Assembly (NCBI GenBank): GCA_965279515.1
Contig: CBDIID010000003.1
Coordinates: 3,648,001 to 3,712,000 of the forward strand
DNA: 64,000 nucleotides
Direction: 5' to 3'
DNA from: Turneriella sp.
GTDB taxonomy: Bacteria > Spirochaetota > Leptospiria > Turneriellales > Turneriellaceae
Part shown: one piece after another, positions 60,257-64,000 of the stretch
Layout: every line of letters starts with the position of its first letter
Position numbering within the stretch: position 1 is the stretch's first letter
Made by a program: the position numbers and the translations under genes
The notes under the pieces: generated by a model
Database searches by the model: none
Told to the model about the DNA's origin: nothing
What the model saw: the letters and a program-made list of their open reading frames with translations, nothing else

Positions 60257-61603
60257 TCAGAGCTGTTCGTACTGACTCCGAAATAAATTATTGGGAACAA
60301 GACCATTCTCACCTACCGAGAGCGAAGGTTTAATTCCTTCGACGAAATACATTTCAATTTCTCCTTTGTGCTTTGCAGGTATACGGCCTCGATATGAGCA
60401 GGTAAAAAAAATCTCGATCTGCTCATAGACAGCTTGTGAAACGTTGATCCTTCCTGCTTCACCGGATGATTCGCACCGACTTGCCGTATTAACGGTGTCC
60501 CCCCAAACGTCGTAAGCAAACTTTTTCTCGCCTATGACGCCGGCGACCAGTGGTCCCGTGTGGATACCCAGACGCAATTCCCAGTAGGGTTCGTTCTTGA
60601 TTTTCTTTGCTTGCTTCAAACGGTCCATGAAGGCTTGTATTTCGAGAGCAGCCAGCGTGCAATCTATGGCATGTGTGCGGTTACGAACCGGCACCCCGCC
60701 TGCGCACATATATGAATCTCCGATCGTTTTCAGTTTCTCCAGGTTATTTCTATCAACAATGGAATCAAAATATGTGAAGCATTGGTCAAGTTCCCGGACC
60801 AAATCAACAGGTTGCATGGATTCGGCTATTTTCGTAAAACCTTCAAAATCAGTGAAAAGAACTGTTGCATTGGGAAAAAAGACAGGTTGACTCACTCCGT
60901 TTTTTTTGAGCTCATCAGCAACACTGACGGGTAGAATATTCAGCAACAATCGCTCCGATTTTTGACGTTCTTCCGCAACTAAACGTTTGTCGCGCCTCGA
61001 ATAGCGCAAAAGTTGAGCGGTATTTTCATTGCGGCCGACATAATAACGTGAAATCAAGCCGATCCAATACGCACCTTGCATTGCAATTGGCAAACTAAGC
61101 CACAACGCCGGCGACATAGTTTCCAGGTATCCCGGACGAAGAAGTGCACAGCTTGCCAGAAAGCACACAATCATCCATGCGGTGTTTGTAACATATGACC
61201 AAAGCGGCATAATTCCGACACCAACACCTCCGCCGCCTACAAAGAGAATAAAGAAGAGGGGTAGGTAATCGGGCGCATAGCTCGAAAAGTGACCGATGAT
61301 TAAGGCCCAGGGAAAAATTGTCGCCCAGAAAAAGCGCCTTGCCCATCCTGATAAGGAAAGGCGCCCCGTCACTAACCGATAGGTCGGATAGATAGGCAAA
61401 AGTACGACTATAAAACTCAAGACGCCCGCCCACATCATAGGACGTCGCGGTACATGCGTTGGATCGATCAACGGCAGCGACAGGAAGCATGCCATAAGAA
61501 CCAATGTCCCTACAGTTGCAGAGCGCAAAGAAGGTTGGCTAAACGCTTTGCCGATAGCTGACCACATAAGGCTACAGCGATGCCTTAGACGGCGTCGCGT
61601 CAA
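60257..61603 (-). CDS. Membrane-bound class III adenylate cyclase
   Basis: About 6 TM, VLFTDFEGFT, KLKTIGDSYM, YDVWGDTVNTASR (Lys/Asp adenine-specifying pair). Confidence 0.92.
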   Translation of the reverse strand: MTRRRLRHRCSLMWSAIGKAFSQPSLRSATVGTLVLMACFLSLPLIDPTHVPRRPMMWAGVLSFIVVLLPIYPTYRLVTGRLSLSGWARRFFWATIFPWALIIGHFSSYAPDYLPLFFILFVGGGGVGVGIMPLWSYVTNTAWMIVCFLASCALLRPGYLETMSPALWLSLPIAMQGAYWIGLISRYYVGRNENTAQLLRYSRRDKRLVAEERQKSERLLLNILPVSVADELKKNGVSQPVFFPNATVLFTDFEGFTKIAESMQPVDLVRELDQCFTYFDSIVDRNNLEKLKTIGDSYMCAGGVPVRNRTHAIDCTLAALEIQAFMDRLKQAKKIKNEPYWELRLGIHTGPLVAGVIGEKKFAYDVWGDTVNTASRCESSGEAGRINVSQAVYEQIEIFFTCSYRGRIPAKHKGEIEMYFVEGIKPSLSVGENGLVPNNLFRSQYEQL

Positions 61604-61643
61604 CGAATATGCCCCGCATTGAAACCGGGAATTTTGCCAGGGT

Positions 61644-61667
61644 CAAAAAGTCAGCGTTTGCGCTGAT
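61644..61667 (-). terminator. Intrinsic terminator
   Basis: Minus strand ATCAGCG-CAAA-CGCTGAC followed by TTTTT. Confidence 0.55.
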
Positions 61668-61681
61668 TGATTATTTCCCTT

Positions 61682-62011
61682 TTAGGAATTGGAACTCGTT
61701 TCTTTTTTACGTTTTTTTTTGCCCTTTTTAGCTTTCTTTTTTTCGGCTTTAATTACCTTGCGTGCATCTTTGAATACGACTCGGAGAGACTTGTCCTGTT
61801 TCTCGAGTGCAGCTTTTGCCGCTTTGTGCTCAGTTTGCGCAGATTTAAGTCGGGTTTCGGCATCTTGAAATTCGTTCAAAGCTGTTTCGAGATTCGCTAC
61901 CAATTCAGTTGGAACATGCTGATACAATTCTTGTGTCCCCGATGCGCGAATTTTCGTGATCTTTGCTTTAACTTTTTCACCAAGACTATGTTTCTTTTTT
62001 TTAGCTTTCAT
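61682..62011 (-). CDS. Small Lys-rich coiled-coil protein
   Basis: SD GGAGAGG, basic termini, own terminator. Confidence 0.6.
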   Translation of the reverse strand: MKAKKKKHSLGEKVKAKITKIRASGTQELYQHVPTELVANLETALNEFQDAETRLKSAQTEHKAAKAALEKQDKSLRVVFKDARKVIKAEKKKAKKGKKKRKKETSSNS

Positions 62012-62054
62012 TTCCTCTCCGTTAAAATTTGAAATATTTCATGGTATAGGTAGC

Positions 62055-62363
62055 TTAGTTAGTCGCGAATAATTTTGTTTTGAGCAGCTCGTATGCCTTT
62101 TCGTAGATATAGACGCTGCGCTGGATAAAGTTCACACCGGTAAGTTTGTTGAGAAAATCCAGTCGGTCGGTGATTGACCATTTCTCCGTAAGATGATGAC
62201 GTAAACGTCTTAGCGTAGATTCACTGAGTTCATAACTGCTCAGAATCAGGCGGTTCATATTCTCATGCGGGGCTCCTGCGATTTCATGCAGGATAGACAC
62301 ATAGTATTGATACTCTTGAGTCGCTTCGGCTGAAATTGACCCCTTTGCGCTTTTTTCTACCAT
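62055..62363 (-). CDS. Hypothetical protein (possible HTH)
   Basis: 102-aa ORF; LSESTLRRL resembles a recognition helix. Confidence 0.5.
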   Translation of the reverse strand: MVEKSAKGSISAEATQEYQYYVSILHEIAGAPHENMNRLILSSYELSESTLRRLRHHLTEKWSITDRLDFLNKLTGVNFIQRSVYIYEKAYELLKTKLFATN

Positions 62364-62394
62364 GATTCCAGTCTAATTTACGAAGTACCCGGTC

Positions 62395-62432
62395 AAATCC
62401 AATATTTCGTCATTTGACGAAGTATTGGATTT
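62395..62432. repeat. 38-bp near-perfect palindrome
   Basis: AAATCCAATATTTCGTCA-TT-TGACGAAGTATTGGATTT (17/18). Confidence 0.8.
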
Positions 62433-62541
62433 AGTGTGGGGAAGCGCGGAATCATTCTCTGTCCGCGCCTTGAGCCGGAAGTTAAGATTCGAGGCGGGCG
62501 TTTTTTATTGTCATAGAGTTTGAATCGAAATCGGTTGTTGC

Positions 62542-62745
62542 ATGGCAGATACCTTTCTGGAGTTAAAGAAGTACTTTGCCAAAACTCCTGATGTTGAATT
62601 GCCGGGCACCAAAGGCGCACAGGGGCTTAAATACAAAGTAAGATGTTCGTCATGTTCTATAAAGGTGACCTCATTGTGAAATTAGCTGAAGCGCGTGTGT
62701 TGGATCGGGCTTTGCGAAAAATCTTCGCGGTTTGTTAAGCTTTGA
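62542..62745 (+). pseudogene. Frameshifted, internally deleted TfoX-N/MmcQ-like small protein
   Basis: MADTFLELKKYFAKTPDV..GAQGLKYK / KMFVMFYKGDLIVKLAEARV / WIGLCEKSSRFVKL* in changing frames. Confidence 0.55.
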
Positions 62746-62951
62746 TAAGCGTCCAAGCTGCAATATCAACGAAGGCCATGCCTGCCGCGAAGAGCATTGT
62801 AGCTAATTAAGTTTTATCGCCGATTTCCGCAGGCAAATGGGAATTTCAGTAGTTTAATGAAAAATAGCAGAGAATAAGGCATGCAAAGAAATCTTCCAAA
62901 CAAAGTTGATTTTTTTTGAAACTGGATTAGCGAAACTGCATCTAAAGGACA

Positions 62952-63707
62952 ATGCTGGTTAGAAGAAAATCTCCACTTTCACCTCAGAAAAGAAAGCCGC
63001 GCAAAGTATCAAAGAACTCGTTTGAATTTGCAGTTGAAGAAATCCCCCTGATAAAAAGGCGCAGGCATCGACTGATTTCATTTCGCCGGCGCCTTAGGCT
63101 TGAATCAGCAAACTCGATAACGCATGGTATCGGAGCGGGTATCAGTCTGGCTGGCATGGCATTGCTGATCGCTATAAGCATCCGAAGTGCGGATTACTGG
63201 AAAATTCTCAGCGCCTCCGTTTATGGACTATGTATGGTATTGGTTTTCATGTCATCTACGCTGTATCACGCCATGATGAAGCCGAAGCCGAAACGGCTTT
63301 TCCATTTGCTCGACCATTCCGCTATCTTTCTCGCCATCGCCGGTACATATACACCGATTTGCCTCGTGCTTCTTAAGGGAGCGGTCGGATGGTGCCTTTT
63401 CATTTTTGTTTGGATTCTCGCGATAGCAGGGATATTATTCAAAACAAAATTCATCAACAGGTATGCATTGCTATCGACGTTGATCTACGTGGTAATGGGA
63501 TGGTCGATTCTCCTCGCCATCAAATCTTTCTCTGCGGCGATGCCCACACACGGATTAGTTTTATTTTTTGCAGGTGGCGGCGCGTATACATTCGGTACGG
63601 TTTTTTATGGCTGGCGTTCTCTTCCGTACAATCATATGATATGGCATCTTTGCGTTGTCTTCGGGGCAATTTTGCATTTTCTATCACTTTATATTTGCGT
63701 TTTTTAA
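62952..63707 (+). CDS. Hemolysin III / PAQR family membrane protein
   Basis: ANSITHG, SSTLYH, DHSAIFLAIAGTYTP, YVVMGW, HMIWHL. Confidence 0.92.
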   Translation: MLVRRKSPLSPQKRKPRKVSKNSFEFAVEEIPLIKRRRHRLISFRRRLRLESANSITHGIGAGISLAGMALLIAISIRSADYWKILSASVYGLCMVLVFMSSTLYHAMMKPKPKRLFHLLDHSAIFLAIAGTYTPICLVLLKGAVGWCLFIFVWILAIAGILFKTKFINRYALLSTLIYVVMGWSILLAIKSFSAAMPTHGLVLFFAGGGAYTFGTVFYGWRSLPYNHMIWHLCVVFGAILHFLSLYICVF

Positions 63708-63763
63708 GGCTGTACTAACAGGGATTGCCTGCATTTTGCATTTCGTCAATCAACGAAATGTAA

Positions 63764-63871
63764 ACTTATTTACAGCAGCGAATCATTTTGAATTTGGAGC
63801 GGGTTGCTCATATCGATTCGACTGGTATCGGTACGGTATTGTCGGTGCTCAAAGAATTGAAAACGATATAA
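63764..63871 (+). pseudogene. STAS (anti-anti-sigma) domain remnant
   Basis: IILNLERVAHIDSTGIGTVL flanked by in-frame stops. Confidence 0.55.
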
Positions 63872-63877
63872 GACATT

Positions 63878-64000
63878 ATGAAATTTCATTTCCCCATTAT
63901 TATTATCGACGAAGATTTTCGATCGGAGAACACAAGTGGTTTCGGCATTCGAGCGTTGGCGAAGGCCATCGAAGCCGAAGGCATGGAAGTCATTGGCGTC
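63878..64000 (+). CDS. Orn/Lys/Arg decarboxylase, N-terminal part (runs off window)
   Basis: MKFHFPIIIIDEDFRSENTSGFGIRALAKAIEAEGMEV matches the wing-domain start of this family as recalled. Confidence 0.8.
   Translation, partial: MKFHFPIIIIDEDFRSENTSGFGIRALAKAIEAEGMEVIGV

Noticed and set aside
62952..63707. Hemolysin III as a virulence toxin
   Set aside because: PAQR-family proteins are widespread membrane-homeostasis proteins; nothing here indicates a toxin.
1..64000. CRISPR array, tRNA or rRNA genes
   Set aside because: No regularly spaced direct repeats, cloverleafs or rRNA-like sequence seen by eye; a covariance-model scan was not run.

Overview
A 64-kb bacterial chromosomal segment. 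Gene content (STAS-containing chemotaxis cluster, hpf-hprK-ptsH, bactofilin/M23, cNMP-TPR/Crp pair, several SpoIIE phosphatases and 7TM/hybrid kinases) points to a free-living spirochete of the Leptospiraceae, probably Turneriella-like (inference, not searched). It carries a complete cheY-STAS-cheA-mcp-cheW-cheR-cheD-cheB operon and housekeeping genes (typA, acnA, pfkA, ridA, mscS). Two stretches are visibly AT-richer: about 42.2-48.3 kb (membrane glycosylation-like island) and about 57.8-64 kb (transposases, adenylate cyclase, gene relics). No rRNA, tRNA or CRISPR array was seen. Most notable: (1) a head-to-tail pair of diverged IS1595-family transposases punctuated by ~110-bp palindromic modules that supply a shared SD plus a non-canonical ATT start, the transposase C-termini and the pfkA stop codon; (2) a 98-bp element of similar architecture filling the hprK-ptsH spacer; (3) a pore-less voltage-sensor-domain/periplasmic-domain/HAMP protein; (4) a YHYH-MORN-SCO-beta-barrel operon with a palindromic operator that may be a copper-handling system. 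All calls are by eye from motifs; no database searches were run.
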